DNA of 64,000 nucleotides, taken from positions 1-64,000 of the IMG/VR virus record IMGVR_UViG_3300027732_002873. One strand, 5' to 3'. Under the pieces are notes generated by a model. That model had not been told where the DNA came from, made no database searches, and saw nothing but the letters and a program-made list of their open reading frames with translations. The DNA is from an uncultured virus (IMG/VR IMGVR_UViG_3300027732_002873) (taxonomy: Duplodnaviria; Heunggongvirae; Uroviricota; Caudoviricetes). Both the position numbers and the translations under genes were made by a program. Numbering within the stretch: the stretch's first letter is position 1; every line of letters begins with the position of its first letter. Of the stretch, positions 28,729 to 38,803 are shown piece after piece.

Positions 28729-28816
28729 TGGCGGAGCATGTAGGAATCGAACCTACTCACCCATTGCTGAATGACAGATTAGCAATCTGTTGCCTTAACC
28801 GGTCGGCCAATGCTCC
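28729..28816 (-). tRNA. tRNA-Ser(GCU)
   Basis: Long variable arm, UU-GCU-AA, CCA. Confidence 0.95.
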
Positions 28817-28839
28817 AATGTACTTACTTATGATATCAA

Positions 28840-28912
28840 CTCACACTAATGTCCTGTAGCTAGAACAGGCCTCTCACTGTTGCCAGTGACGCAGTCACAC
28901 TTTAGTGTAAAT
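28840..28912 (-). ncRNA. tRNA-sized three-way-junction RNA candidate
   Basis: ACACUAA/UUAGUGU closing stem; UCACUG-GCAA-CAGUGA and CCUGU/ACAGG hairpins. Confidence 0.45.
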
Positions 28913-28920
28913 TAAAAAGG

Positions 28921-28986
28921 GGAGAGCCACGGTTGCAGGACCTAGTGCTTTGTTACCAAAGGAAGTGTCCAGGCGATGTGGCTCTC
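28921..28986 (-). ncRNA. small structured RNA candidate
   Basis: 9-bp GAGAGCCAC/GUGGCUCUC closing stem, UUUG-GUAA-CAAA hairpin. Confidence 0.45.
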
Positions 28987-29073
28987 AAAATTAAAACATG
29001 GCAGGTGAGGTATCCGGTTATTGATTAGTCAATAACTTTCCCATTCTCCTTTTACTTTCCTTACCACAAAACT

Positions 29074-29150
29074 TGGTGCCCAAGGAGAGACTCGAACTCT
29101 CAAAATTTGGCTTCTAAGACCAACACGTATACCAATTCCGTCACCTGGGC
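29074..29150 (-). tRNA. tRNA-Leu(UAG), short variable loop
   Basis: CU-UAG-AA, 77 nt, no long variable arm, CCA. Confidence 0.9.
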
Positions 29151-29372
29151 ATTCATATGTAAAAATACTATAGGAACCATTGTACATCTATGTCTACCCA
29201 GGGGAACGTCTCCGTCAAGGGCCTGTACGGTCATTACTTCCTACATACTCCGTCGCATCTCCAGAGCTTGCGCTCCTGTTTCATATACTTATATTGAGCG
29301 TGAGCGGCCTCACTGTCCTCGCCTTAAGTACCTAACGGTGTAGGTAACCTATAATACATTTACATATGAATG
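29150..29372 (-). ncRNA. candidate structured ncRNA (about 220 nt)
   Basis: Long imperfect terminal stem (CAUUCAUAUGUAAA...UAUAGG / CCUAUA...UUUACAUAUGAAUG); GAGC-GCAA-GCUC hairpin; abuts tRNA-Leu. Confidence 0.6.
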
Positions 29373-29403
29373 ACGCTTCACAGCGTTTCATATGTGGGAT
29401 AAA

Positions 29404-29416
29404 TTTTTAAAGAACA
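29404..29416 (-). promoter_or_regulatory. boxA-like antitermination site
   Basis: TGTTCTTTAAAAA versus rrn boxA TGCTCTTTAACA, just downstream of tandem promoters. Confidence 0.65.
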
Positions 29417-29440
29417 ATGCTAATTGCTTAACATAGAACT

Positions 29441-29469
29441 ATTATAACACAGAATCCAATTTATGTCAA
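29441..29469 (-). promoter_or_regulatory. sigma70 promoter P2 of the tRNA array
   Basis: TTGACA-17 nt-TATAAT. Confidence 0.88.
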
Positions 29470-29533
29470 TTAGATTTGGCCAACTAGTTATTGGTAAACA
29501 ATGACTACAATGAATTACTGCTTAACAAAGTCT

Positions 29534-29562
29534 ATTATACAACATCTTTTACTTTATGTCAA
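29534..29562 (-). promoter_or_regulatory. sigma70 promoter P1 of the tRNA array
   Basis: TTGACA-17 nt-TATAAT. Confidence 0.88.
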
Positions 29563-29599
29563 TTAATAGTGTAGTCTATTTATTGTTATAAATAATGTT

Positions 29600-30253
29600 A
29601 TGGAATTTGGACTATTATTTAAAACGCTTAATTATTTGAAATCCAATGTCAAGCTGAACGTTCCTTTTCAATCACTGACCGTTGATATTACAAAAGAAGA
29701 AATAAACAATCTTTTAGCATACATCAGTGATCCGGCAGTACAACATTTACTGACTCCGAACATCAAAGGAAGAGCTGACTTCGCCGAATCTAAATATATA
29801 CGATTGGCAAATGGCTGTATCAATCCTGAAGAAAACACTGATGCCAATTGGGCCGGCCTGTTTTGGCATCTTGGACTTGATAACAGCATTGAACGCATGG
29901 AGTTTAGTCGTAATGTACGAGATCTAATTGTGCCATTGGCTACAAAAATGATGACTGCGTTGAACAATTACAATCAGCGACAATATTATACACACGGAGT
30001 GGAAATCAACACACTAACATCGAATACACAAATTAAAAGTCATATAGATGGCCATCGACTTGTAGAAGAAACTACAAGAGTTCATTTGGTATTAGAAACA
30101 AACAACGAAAGCTACATTACATGTAATGACGAAAAACGTCATTTTGACACGGGAGAATGTTTTATTCTTAATAATTTAATGCGGCATTCAGTACAAAACA
30201 ACGGCACAAGTCCCAGAACACATTTGGTTATAGATTTCTTAACATTAGTTTAA
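29600..30253 (+). CDS. AspH-like 2OG-Fe(II) oxygenase
   Basis: HID, RVHLVL.TN, HSVQNNG..PRTHLVID; TATAAATA-5 nt-ATG. Confidence 0.85.
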   Translation: MEFGLLFKTLNYLKSNVKLNVPFQSLTVDITKEEINNLLAYISDPAVQHLLTPNIKGRADFAESKYIRLANGCINPEENTDANWAGLFWHLGLDNSIERMEFSRNVRDLIVPLATKMMTALNNYNQRQYYTHGVEINTLTSNTQIKSHIDGHRLVEETTRVHLVLETNNESYITCNDEKRHFDTGECFILNNLMRHSVQNNGTSPRTHLVIDFLTLV

Positions 30254-30314
30254 TGTCAACTAATTCTAAGAATATATATCATAAATAAATTTATGAAGAA
30301 TAGAAAGGAAATTT

Positions 30315-30674
30315 ATGTACACTATTAATGTTAAATGGCTTGGAGGTCCAAACTGGGATGATACCCTGCCTAGTTCATTTAATCCCAGTAAGAAAAAATC
30401 TGCCACCGAGCACTTGATAGAAACGGGCGGCCAAAGTATTGACGATGCAATTTTATCTTTTGATACCTTTAGAAGTTTTCCTATTAAGGTAACTCAGACT
30501 AAACCTATAGGCGAGGAAGTAAATTGGATTACTACTTTAATTATCGAAGAAAAAGATGAAGAGAAAGCATTAGGTATTAAGAACAAATTACTTGACACAT
30601 ATACTAAAAAACAATTAGAATTAAAAACCAATAGCGTTGGTTATCAAATTGAAATCGAAGTTATAAATTCTTAA
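30315..30674 (+). CDS. hypothetical protein
   Basis: 119-aa ORF with AAGGA SD. Confidence 0.65.
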   Translation: MYTINVKWLGGPNWDDTLPSSFNPSKKKSATEHLIETGGQSIDDAILSFDTFRSFPIKVTQTKPIGEEVNWITTLIIEEKDEEKALGIKNKLLDTYTKKQLELKTNSVGYQIEIEVINS

Positions 30675-31423
30675 TAATTTAACAAATGATCTATACCCAA
30701 TTTTTCTCTAAATTTTTGAGTATATACACCATCTATTCTTAACGACCATGTCATTTGACTGGTAGGCTCTCCGCCATGCATATCCAAGTCATTGAAAAAT
30801 ACTGCCTTGGGATACACGTCATGTTTTATACTGGTGTGTTCGTCATATATATAAAACTTTTTTAAGCCTGTGGGATTGACCCACAAAAACTCGCTTTTAT
30901 GCGGCACATATTTCATTCCATCTTTATGCAATAACAAACCGCAGTCATGTTCATGAATAAAGAATAATATACGACCGTACTGTTCAAATACTGTGCCTAT
31001 CAAACTATCCAGCCAAGTTTTTAGCTCGGGAAAATTTTTAATATTATTAGTCCATTCGTAGGAATCTTCACTGCCTTTTCTCATGTAAGCAAGTATAGGA
31101 TCTGTGCCTTTTGCAGGTTCCCTTAGATAACAAACTGTACTGGGATTATATAGATGAAAATATAATTTAGCAAATATATTTTGTTGATTGTGAGTCATAC
31201 GCTTCCATCGTTGACCTATTTCAGTTTGATCAGACAACATTTGATTTTTCATTTTCATGAAGTTACCATAACGTTCTGCATTTTCAACGCCCGGTCCGTA
31301 TACACCTGCTTTAATATCACTGACCGCAATACCTGTACAAATAGATAGATTTAGGTCTTCTAAAGTTTTAATATCTAGAAATTGTTCACAGTTAATAAAA
31401 GGTTTTCCGCCTATGCCGTTCAT
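30671..31423 (-). CDS. 2OG-Fe(II)/cupin oxygenase-like protein
   Basis: HKD...FFND.DMHGG...SLRIDG. Confidence 0.7.
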   Translation of the reverse strand: MNGIGGKPFINCEQFLDIKTLEDLNLSICTGIAVSDIKAGVYGPGVENAERYGNFMKMKNQMLSDQTEIGQRWKRMTHNQQNIFAKLYFHLYNPSTVCYLREPAKGTDPILAYMRKGSEDSYEWTNNIKNFPELKTWLDSLIGTVFEQYGRILFFIHEHDCGLLLHKDGMKYVPHKSEFLWVNPTGLKKFYIYDEHTSIKHDVYPKAVFFNDLDMHGGEPTSQMTWSLRIDGVYTQKFREKLGIDHLLNY

Positions 31424-32556
31424 TCTATTACCTTATCAAATTTAACATTTGGCAAAATTAGTCCGTCCATCATCATATCTAAAGGATGCATTTTACCATA
31501 GAAGTCATTGCTTTCCCATGCTTGTTCTTCTGGAATCCAGTTGAACCATGGATTAAATCCAAGAATAACATAGATTCGATCTGTTTTATCTGTGTTATCA
31601 ATTTGTATTTGTCTGTGTACAATGTTAGTATCCCATGTATAAGCATATCCTTTTTCAGGAACACGCGGTCCATTTTCTGCAATTTCCATGGCATATGCAT
31701 TGGTAGTTTGCACAGGGATAATAACACGAGTATTATGAACTATGGGTTCATCGCTGTGCCAAGTCCATCGATCATTTCTATTTTCGTACTCCTTGTTAGC
31801 AATTCTATAATCTCTAAATGCGCCGCGTTGCCATGCTACTCGACTTCTGAGTAATTGACAGTTAGCACTTTCAGCTAGAGTGCGAACTCCGCTTTCTGTT
31901 GCGGCATCAGTCCAGTTGGTAAAACTCCATGTATCGTAATAACTATCTTTTTCTTGATGATGGGGACTTAATTTTTCTTCGACAGGTAATTTTATAGATT
32001 CTGCTTGTTCAGCAGTAATAAGTTCTGATTGAACTAATAATCTTAGAACTTGCTGGTAACCTTCTTCTACAGCAACACGAGTCAGCGGTAATAATTTCTG
32101 ACTTTGTTCTAATTTTTTAAAAATTTCACTGCCCAGTGAAGAAAAAATGAACCAACTAATCGGACTTGGTAGTTCTCCCATGCCGGCACTTTCAGGAGTA
32201 AGGCCATGACTACTGCAATAAATAGGATTATTTTTAATACTCCAGCCGCCATAATAACTGCCGCGATTTAAAAAGTCTCTGCCTTCGTACATCCTGGTAA
32301 TTTTATTATCTTCTAAATATCCAGTACTACTATTTTTATTAATCCAGCCCCACCATTTGTGTTTGTATGTTGCTTTTTTAATATCTAATAAAAGTTGATC
32401 AGTATCAAAATCTAACTTCAACCTAGTCAGCTGTTTCCCGTCGTGCTTGGGAGTCAACTTGTTCATTTTATCAATTAATTTGTAATTATTTTCAATCCAA
32501 ACATGGCAGGGCCTATTATTAGGAACTTCTTCCTTATAAATTTTTATGCGTGTCAT
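31420..32556 (-). CDS. AspH-like oxygenase with N-terminal extension
   Basis: WHSD, RVIIPVQT, WDTNIVHR, DRIY. Confidence 0.75.
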   Translation of the reverse strand: MTRIKIYKEEVPNNRPCHVWIENNYKLIDKMNKLTPKHDGKQLTRLKLDFDTDQLLLDIKKATYKHKWWGWINKNSSTGYLEDNKITRMYEGRDFLNRGSYYGGWSIKNNPIYCSSHGLTPESAGMGELPSPISWFIFSSLGSEIFKKLEQSQKLLPLTRVAVEEGYQQVLRLLVQSELITAEQAESIKLPVEEKLSPHHQEKDSYYDTWSFTNWTDAATESGVRTLAESANCQLLRSRVAWQRGAFRDYRIANKEYENRNDRWTWHSDEPIVHNTRVIIPVQTTNAYAMEIAENGPRVPEKGYAYTWDTNIVHRQIQIDNTDKTDRIYVILGFNPWFNWIPEEQAWESNDFYGKMHPLDMMMDGLILPNVKFDKVIE

Positions 32557-32559
32557 TAG

Positions 32560-33372
32560 TTAGCTTTTCTTTTTGATTAAATCAATTATCCAGCCGCTAG
32601 GATCAATTTCCCACCAGCGTACTCGTCCAAAATTATATGCTTGCACGTCGCCATGATGATTATTATGCCAGCATTCACCTAATACAAACGGAAATAACCA
32701 CGGACTATTAACACTGTTGTCGCCGGATTCATAGTTTTGATAACCCATTACTTTAAAATGATTCAATGAATTTGTAATACTGTAGCTATGAAAAGTGATA
32801 AAACTAGGAACTATAACGAACCAAATCCAAAATTCAAAACTAATTAATGCTATTACTAAATTTGCAGTCCAATATAGTTCCATATAATATTTGTGACAGA
32901 ATGCATATACTGGATTTTTTAATAAATCAATAATATGTCTGTAATTAATATCCTTTTCTTCTATCTTCCAAAGCCATAAAAACCAGCTAGTCATCAATCC
33001 TTTATTGGGACTATGCGGATCTTTTTCGCCATCACTATAGGGATGATGCAGATCTCGATGTGTCGCTGTCCAGAAAATAGGACTGCCCTGACCCGCTAGC
33101 ATAGCAAAGAATAGAATAATGTATTTGATTGGAGTATATGTTTCAAAACTTTTATGACTAACATATCTATGATAGCCAATAGTAACTCCCAGCATCATGA
33201 TGCAAAAATATCCCAGACCTAAATACAGCCAATATAAATTTTCCCACATACCATTAAATACAGATATAATGGCGGCTATGGCTATTAAATTCATGGGAAT
33301 CAGGCCCGCCCATAAATTTTTATATTTAAAAGTTAATTTAAAAAAATCAACGAAAGTTAATTGTTTACGCAT
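32560..33372 (-). CDS. membrane fatty-acid desaturase
   Basis: HRYVSH, HRDLHH, GECWHNNHH; DPHSP. Confidence 0.92.
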   Translation of the reverse strand: MRKQLTFVDFFKLTFKYKNLWAGLIPMNLIAIAAIISVFNGMWENLYWLYLGLGYFCIMMLGVTIGYHRYVSHKSFETYTPIKYIILFFAMLAGQGSPIFWTATHRDLHHPYSDGEKDPHSPNKGLMTSWFLWLWKIEEKDINYRHIIDLLKNPVYAFCHKYYMELYWTANLVIALISFEFWIWFVIVPSFITFHSYSITNSLNHFKVMGYQNYESGDNSVNSPWLFPFVLGECWHNNHHGDVQAYNFGRVRWWEIDPSGWIIDLIKKKS

Positions 33373-33384
33373 TTTATTCCTATT

Positions 33385-34545
33385 TTAGTTACTATTTTGG
33401 TACAACATAGACGCTCTTTTTGTGCCTGTTCTTACTCTTATCTCTGTATTTAGTTTAATTCTGCCTATACTTCCCCAAACCCAGTCCTGTGTAGGACGCT
33501 CATTCGGAGGAATAATAATAGACCACTCATATTCATAACTACTGTCAATTTCTTTAAAATAACGATCGGCTACTAGCTGATACCTTCTGCTATTTGAAAC
33601 TGGAATAACCATGTGCCATTTTGTTAATCCTTTACCTTCGCAGATTTCAAACATTTTATTCCATAGTTCTAAGATACCATTTGTTTTCACGGTATACCCG
33701 GGCCGACTTTTTAAATTTCCTACTACCCAGCCGTCATTATACGGAGCAGGTAAATCACAACGCCAACCCATGCAACTTATTAAGATTCCGTCAATGTACC
33801 ATCCATATAGATAATGAGTTTTTGAGCCGTCTACTAGATAATAAGTTTGCATTCCTTCAATCCATCTAGCTCTATATTGCAATATATCACTTAAATTATC
33901 TGCTACAATTTCCTTAATATTACTTTTTGAATCAACTAATTCTTTTAGCTGTTTAAAATCAGTCATGTCTAAAAGACGTAATCCCTGCTTAACTGGAACT
34001 TCTTTTTTCTTCCAGTTATCTAATTCACTTTCATCCCCGCAGTACATAATTTTTTGCCAACAGTCGTTGTGTTCTTCGGTGGCACAGGTTAAAAACTTTT
34101 GTGGTGGTAAATAAAATTTTAAATCTGTTTTATTTTGTAGTTCGTGTATTGCCCATTCTCTCCATGCTGTGTCGCCTTGTCTACTCATAAAGGCACCTTT
34201 GGCTTTTCTAATTTCACACCAACTAATTTGATCTTCTATTAATTTAACGAAACCTTCGCTGATCTCAAAAATAGGATTTGTCAGCATGGCAGGTTTCCAT
34301 AATCTATTTAAAATACGAAAAATGCCGGCTGGCCAACAAGGCCTTGTTAATATACTAGCGATAATCTCCGGTTCTCCTGAATGACCCCAATAAATACTCT
34401 TGGCACTAACTTCCTGAATATGATATTCAGAGTAATTTTTATACAAACGATGGCCTGTTTTGATGTAATGTTTCTTTCTAAGATCTTCGTAGATCGAATC
34501 CAATACATCATCTTTGATCCAAGTCGTAACTTGATTTTTATACAT
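33385..34545 (-). CDS. two-domain protein, probable tandem GNAT-like folds
   Basis: 386 aa; each half resembles an acyltransferase fold (RILNR; NLKS.PGY..NG). Confidence 0.45.
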   Translation of the reverse strand: MYKNQVTTWIKDDVLDSIYEDLRKKHYIKTGHRLYKNYSEYHIQEVSAKSIYWGHSGEPEIIASILTRPCWPAGIFRILNRLWKPAMLTNPIFEISEGFVKLIEDQISWCEIRKAKGAFMSRQGDTAWREWAIHELQNKTDLKFYLPPQKFLTCATEEHNDCWQKIMYCGDESELDNWKKKEVPVKQGLRLLDMTDFKQLKELVDSKSNIKEIVADNLSDILQYRARWIEGMQTYYLVDGSKTHYLYGWYIDGILISCMGWRCDLPAPYNDGWVVGNLKSRPGYTVKTNGILELWNKMFEICEGKGLTKWHMVIPVSNSRRYQLVADRYFKEIDSSYEYEWSIIIPPNERPTQDWVWGSIGRIKLNTEIRVRTGTKRASMLYQNSN

Positions 34546-34547
34546 AA

Positions 34548-34715
34548 ATGAAACTAATCCCTAATCCTTGTAAAAGCATTTGTAAGCTAAATGATAATAA
34601 TATTTGCATTGGTTGTTATCGCACCAAAGAAGAAGTGGCCGAGTGGCCTAAACTCAGCAATGAACAACGATTTGTTATTGTAACACGTATTAATAAAAAC
34701 ATCAAGAGTACTTAA
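34548..34715 (+). CDS. DUF1289-like small Cys4 protein
   Basis: PCKSICKL....CIGCYRT.EEV.EW. Confidence 0.75.
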   Translation: MKLIPNPCKSICKLNDNNICIGCYRTKEEVAEWPKLSNEQRFVIVTRINKNIKST

Positions 34716-35352
34716 ACCTTCCTGGATATTTTCCTGCACTACGTTTAAAATGCTCTTCCATTGCTTGTTTATCTTTTGTTTTATGAATTGTTAATAAAAT
34801 CATTTTATTAACACCTTCTTCCCTGTCTGATCCATGCAAACATTTTGCATTATTATATGCAAACATATTTGAATCTTCTGGTAATTCTACATAATTAACT
34901 CCGGCCGCCGCTTTGAATACTTTAAATGTACCGCGTGGATTTTCGTTGTATATCATTGCTCTAAGAGCAACATCTTCTTTCGTGTGATCTCTATGAAACG
35001 GAATAGGAACATTGCTCATCCATAATCTACAAAAATGTATTTCGGCCCACGGTACTGCACTATGTAAATCATCTATAACATTTGGAAATATTTCCCGATA
35101 ATCTAAAAATGGTACTTGCCAGTGATTGTCTTTTAACATATCAGGATGTTTAGCGTAGATGTTCAAGCCTTTGAAAAAATCTATACCTTTAGATGTTTCT
35201 GAAGCTATGTTACCAGCTGGATCACTTTTTACAATGTGGCTTGCACCTGAATATTTTTTCCATTGTTCCCAGAAAAAATTCCAATCATTGGGTTGTATTT
35301 TTGGAGCATCTAATACTGTCCAAATTAAATTATCTTCTGAAATATTGTCCAT
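34702..35352 (-). CDS. 2OG-Fe(II)/cupin oxygenase-like protein
   Basis: HRD...FAYNN..CLHG...K. Confidence 0.7.
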   Translation of the reverse strand: MDNISEDNLIWTVLDAPKIQPNDWNFFWEQWKKYSGASHIVKSDPAGNIASETSKGIDFFKGLNIYAKHPDMLKDNHWQVPFLDYREIFPNVIDDLHSAVPWAEIHFCRLWMSNVPIPFHRDHTKEDVALRAMIYNENPRGTFKVFKAAAGVNYVELPEDSNMFAYNNAKCLHGSDREEGVNKMILLTIHKTKDKQAMEEHFKRSAGKYPGRFKYS

Positions 35353-36015
35353 TTATTCTGCCTCCCAAATTGGAAAGCCTTTTTCTTTTGTTTCTTTAAT
35401 TTGTTTTGCTAACAATTCTGGATATTTAACTCTGCCAAATGATTTCATTAAAATTTTGTAATATTCAGGATGATAGTCTGCGCCATGATAAAAATGTCTA
35501 TTGTTAAACGCAAATAAATTTTGTTCTGCGTTATATGGAACATAACGTTCTTCGCCAGCCGGTCCATGGCGTAATTTGAATGTAGGACTTGGATTAGTAT
35601 CGTATATTAAACTTCTAACAGCCACTGGTGCTGGCGCCATTGGAGCAGGATCTATGTGAAAATATACAGGTTTAATTGCGGCCCATAGTATAATAGAATC
35701 GCATTCATACCAAGGCATTTTTTCTTCTAATGCTTCTACATATGGATCCCATAGACTGGGTTCTAATACTACATTTTGTTTCCACGTGCTGCCTTTTAGG
35801 TAAGCATCTGTTTTCAACCAAGTAACCATACCTTCAAAGTTGGCCTCGTCGTACAATGATTTTAAGTCATTACCTGTGCTAGATTCAATACCATCTGCTT
35901 TTACTTTAGTTAATGGTTCTTTGTAGTGCTTCCATATATCCCAAAATTTGTCCATGTCATGCGGCAGTAACGGGTCGACGTCCGGGATGAAATATCCTAT
36001 TTTACTTAGATCCAT
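35353..36015 (-). CDS. 2OG-Fe(II)/cupin oxygenase-like protein
   Basis: HID...FAFNN..FYHG...K. Confidence 0.7.
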   Translation of the reverse strand: MDLSKIGYFIPDVDPLLPHDMDKFWDIWKHYKEPLTKVKADGIESSTGNDLKSLYDEANFEGMVTWLKTDAYLKGSTWKQNVVLEPSLWDPYVEALEEKMPWYECDSIILWAAIKPVYFHIDPAPMAPAPVAVRSLIYDTNPSPTFKLRHGPAGEERYVPYNAEQNLFAFNNRHFYHGADYHPEYYKILMKSFGRVKYPELLAKQIKETKEKGFPIWEAE

Positions 36016-36025
36016 TGTTCTTCCT

Positions 36026-36817
36026 TTATAATTTTTCTAATTTTTTTAGTGCATGATCACTTATTGGTATAATATAATCTGTTTTATCTCTTTCACTAGT
36101 CATAACATATTCTGAATATTTGTTTATACTGTGTTGCATTATCCTATTGTATTTATTTCCGTCAATTTCAAATCCGCTGACAATCAGCAAGATCTTTTTA
36201 TAATTAGGATCATAAGTGCTGCCGTGCCTAGTTCTTAAATTATTCCAAGCCCAACTATTTGTTTCTGACAATCTGGGAATAAATTTACGCTGGCCAGTTG
36301 CAACGGTTGCATCAGGTAACCATTCTTCCGAGAATAAAGTTGAATCTGGATTTTCATCGTATACCATCGTTCTAAAATTATTAGGGAAATCTCTAAAATC
36401 ATTGTCATCCCTGTGCAGACCAATTGATTTGGTACTTTCCCAGAATCTAAACATATGGATCTTTTTAAAAGGAAATAAATCCATTAACTGATCAACAAAG
36501 TAAGGAAACTCTTCTAAAAAATTATGTTCTTCATTGCGTGTCCAGTAACTTAGTGGAATCGAAGACAGGTTAATGTCGACACTATTATAGTCACCTTGCC
36601 CGGGCTGGCCGCCAGCAATATCTGCCACACGTTTGACAACCGGCTTCTTTCTGTCAAAGAACCATTCGGCAATACCGTCTACATTTACATTGGGAATATC
36701 TAGCGGTGTCAGACAATACTTACCCCATTGTGATTCTATATCTGTAACAGAAATATCATGTAATTTATTTGCCCAAGTCCTCACACGGTTTCGAGTAAAC
36801 AATAATTTTTCACTCAT
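36026..36817 (-). CDS. 2OG-Fe(II)/cupin oxygenase-like protein
   Basis: HRD...WAWNN..TRHG...K. Confidence 0.7.
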   Translation of the reverse strand: MSEKLLFTRNRVRTWANKLHDISVTDIESQWGKYCLTPLDIPNVNVDGIAEWFFDRKKPVVKRVADIAGGQPGQGDYNSVDINLSSIPLSYWTRNEEHNFLEEFPYFVDQLMDLFPFKKIHMFRFWESTKSIGLHRDDNDFRDFPNNFRTMVYDENPDSTLFSEEWLPDATVATGQRKFIPRLSETNSWAWNNLRTRHGSTYDPNYKKILLIVSGFEIDGNKYNRIMQHSINKYSEYVMTSERDKTDYIIPISDHALKKLEKL

Positions 36818-37442
36818 GTATAGCACCTTGCTCTAGTTGTAATTTTATATATTCTTTAAATCCATCAGTATCCACTAATGGCCCGTCTATTCTAATTAGA
36901 ATTTTACGTCCGTTAATAGGTGCTGTGGCACCATGGAAACAATTTTCGTTGTTGAAGAAAAATAAGTTTGGGCCTGTTGTTAAATCAGGAAAGGACTTCT
37001 TAAGTTTTGTTTTTTCAAAAAGAAAAAAAGTTCTATTTTCACAGTCATCGAATAATGCAATTCTAGGAGCACTGGGAAATGGATCACGCGGTAGTCCATC
37101 TTGATGCATGGGAATTGCGATTTTGTTTGACCACAATGTCAATCCCTGCACATCATACCAGGGTAAGGCTTTAATTACATCTTTGATTAGTTGCGAAAAT
37201 AACTCTTCATTGGGATGATAGTTCACTTTCCATACTATAGTTTTTTGATAGTCTGGCTTTTGCCATATGGTAACGCCGTCCCAAAACTCACCGTTATAGC
37301 CACTGCCGTTTCCTCTGCTGTCTTTTTGTGTTCTATTAATGGGAATGTTTACGCAGTCCCACCAAGCCCAAAATTTATCTTTATCCAATTCTAGCCTAGG
37401 CAGATTGGGTATAAAATAACTAATAGTCGATAAATTGTTCAT
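36810..37442 (-). CDS. 2OG-Fe(II)/cupin oxygenase-like protein
   Basis: HQD...FFFNN..CFHG...K; TATAAATA 6 nt upstream. Confidence 0.7.
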   Translation of the reverse strand: MNNLSTISYFIPNLPRLELDKDKFWAWWDCVNIPINRTQKDSRGNGSGYNGEFWDGVTIWQKPDYQKTIVWKVNYHPNEELFSQLIKDVIKALPWYDVQGLTLWSNKIAIPMHQDGLPRDPFPSAPRIALFDDCENRTFFLFEKTKLKKSFPDLTTGPNLFFFNNENCFHGATAPINGRKILIRIDGPLVDTDGFKEYIKLQLEQGAIHE

Positions 37443-37463
37443 TATATGTATTTATAATTAAAT

Positions 37464-38294
37464 TTATATATTTGACAAGCATTTAGATAAGTCTGCCCAT
37501 AACTGATCATTTTCAATAAACTCCATGGACGAAAAATCTATAATAGAATCATATATAGGTTGACCGTATAATTCAGATGTCTTGGATGGTTGCTGTTGTT
37601 TGATATATTTTATTTTTTCAAATAATTGTAGAATTTTATTAAATCCAGGGTCGACTTGAAAATTTGAAAGATACACCCTGTTACTTGTTACTGCTAAAGG
37701 AGTGAAATATTTAGATATTCTACTTTCATAAATTTTTTTCCATTTTCTATTAAAAAGTATATTATCATCTCCGCGTTCATGTACTGCGTCATCAACTATA
37801 ATAATAACTTTTTTTGATTTTGTTATACAATCGTTGATTACATTCAAAAGACAATCTACTTCAATATCTCTGTTTTTATTAAACAAGTCCCAAAAAATTA
37901 CGCCAGCATCTTTATCTATTATTGCATTATTTTTTACGTCCATGTCTATTATAGAATAATTAGTATTGCCAATGAGTTGCATATTAATTTGTAATAATTG
38001 CTGTATATTTCTATTAACAACATCATAATTAATTATTTTTTGTTTATCAAAGTCCCTGTAATAATTTACCTGTGAAAAATTATCTATCAAATATCCATGT
38101 GTTGTCAATGACGTATTAAAAAACGCAGACTCGCCTTTGAATGCACCGTATTCTATATAATTGTCTGCGGCATACAATTGGCAAATTGCATTTAAAAATA
38201 AATCCAAGGCAGTGGATCTTGGATTTAAAGTCCAATGCACTCTAAAACTCCATATACTACGCAACAATAATATTTTATCTAAATTAGATGCCAC
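37464..38294 (-). CDS. class I SAM-dependent methyltransferase-like protein
   Basis: YIEYGAFKGES, IDNF and IIVDD motifs. Confidence 0.7.
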   Translation of the reverse strand: MASNLDKILLLRSIWSFRVHWTLNPRSTALDLFLNAICQLYAADNYIEYGAFKGESAFFNTSLTTHGYLIDNFSQVNYYRDFDKQKIINYDVVNRNIQQLLQINMQLIGNTNYSIIDMDVKNNAIIDKDAGVIFWDLFNKNRDIEVDCLLNVINDCITKSKKVIIIVDDAVHERGDDNILFNRKWKKIYESRISKYFTPLAVTSNRVYLSNFQVDPGFNKILQLFEKIKYIKQQQPSKTSELYGQPIYDSIIDFSSMEFIENDQLWADLSKCLSNI

Positions 38295-38803
38295 GGATCC
38301 TCTTTAAATCTAAAACTAAAACAATATCTATCTGAATCAGATTTATTAATAATAGAATGTGGTAGTTTAATGTTTATAAATGTTGGTTGTTTGAGTACAT
38401 ATCTGCCCAGTTCTTCTAGATCGTGATCAATATATTCTGCATATTTTATATTAGTAACTGGAGTGAATTTTTCTACTATTATTCCTTTGAGTTTATAAAA
38501 TACAGTATATGCATCAGGTATAACTTCTATTGGAAAATTAAGTGCAATATTTTGATTTCCAGTATCAACATGTATAGCCTGCTTACTATGTGCTAGTTGA
38601 ACTAAATGAGCACATGTGTGTACAGTAAGTCCTTGTTCCTTAAACCACGTATTAATAGTGGGTAAATTTAATAATAATTCTGGTATATCTGTGGGATAAA
38701 AATGCATTGGAAATTTTTTTGTCCGATGATAAGCAACTATTTCTTGTTGTATTTGTTCCTTGGGTAAATTATCGAAATATTTATATATGAAATTATTTTT
38801 CAT
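38279..38803 (-). CDS. 2OG-Fe(II)/cupin oxygenase-like protein
   Basis: IHVD, ALNFPI, PHSI.N....R; start MKNNF overlaps the upstream stop. Confidence 0.7.
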   Translation of the reverse strand: MKNNFIYKYFDNLPKEQIQQEIVAYHRTKKFPMHFYPTDIPELLLNLPTINTWFKEQGLTVHTCAHLVQLAHSKQAIHVDTGNQNIALNFPIEVIPDAYTVFYKLKGIIVEKFTPVTNIKYAEYIDHDLEELGRYVLKQPTFINIKLPHSIINKSDSDRYCFSFRFKEDPWHLI

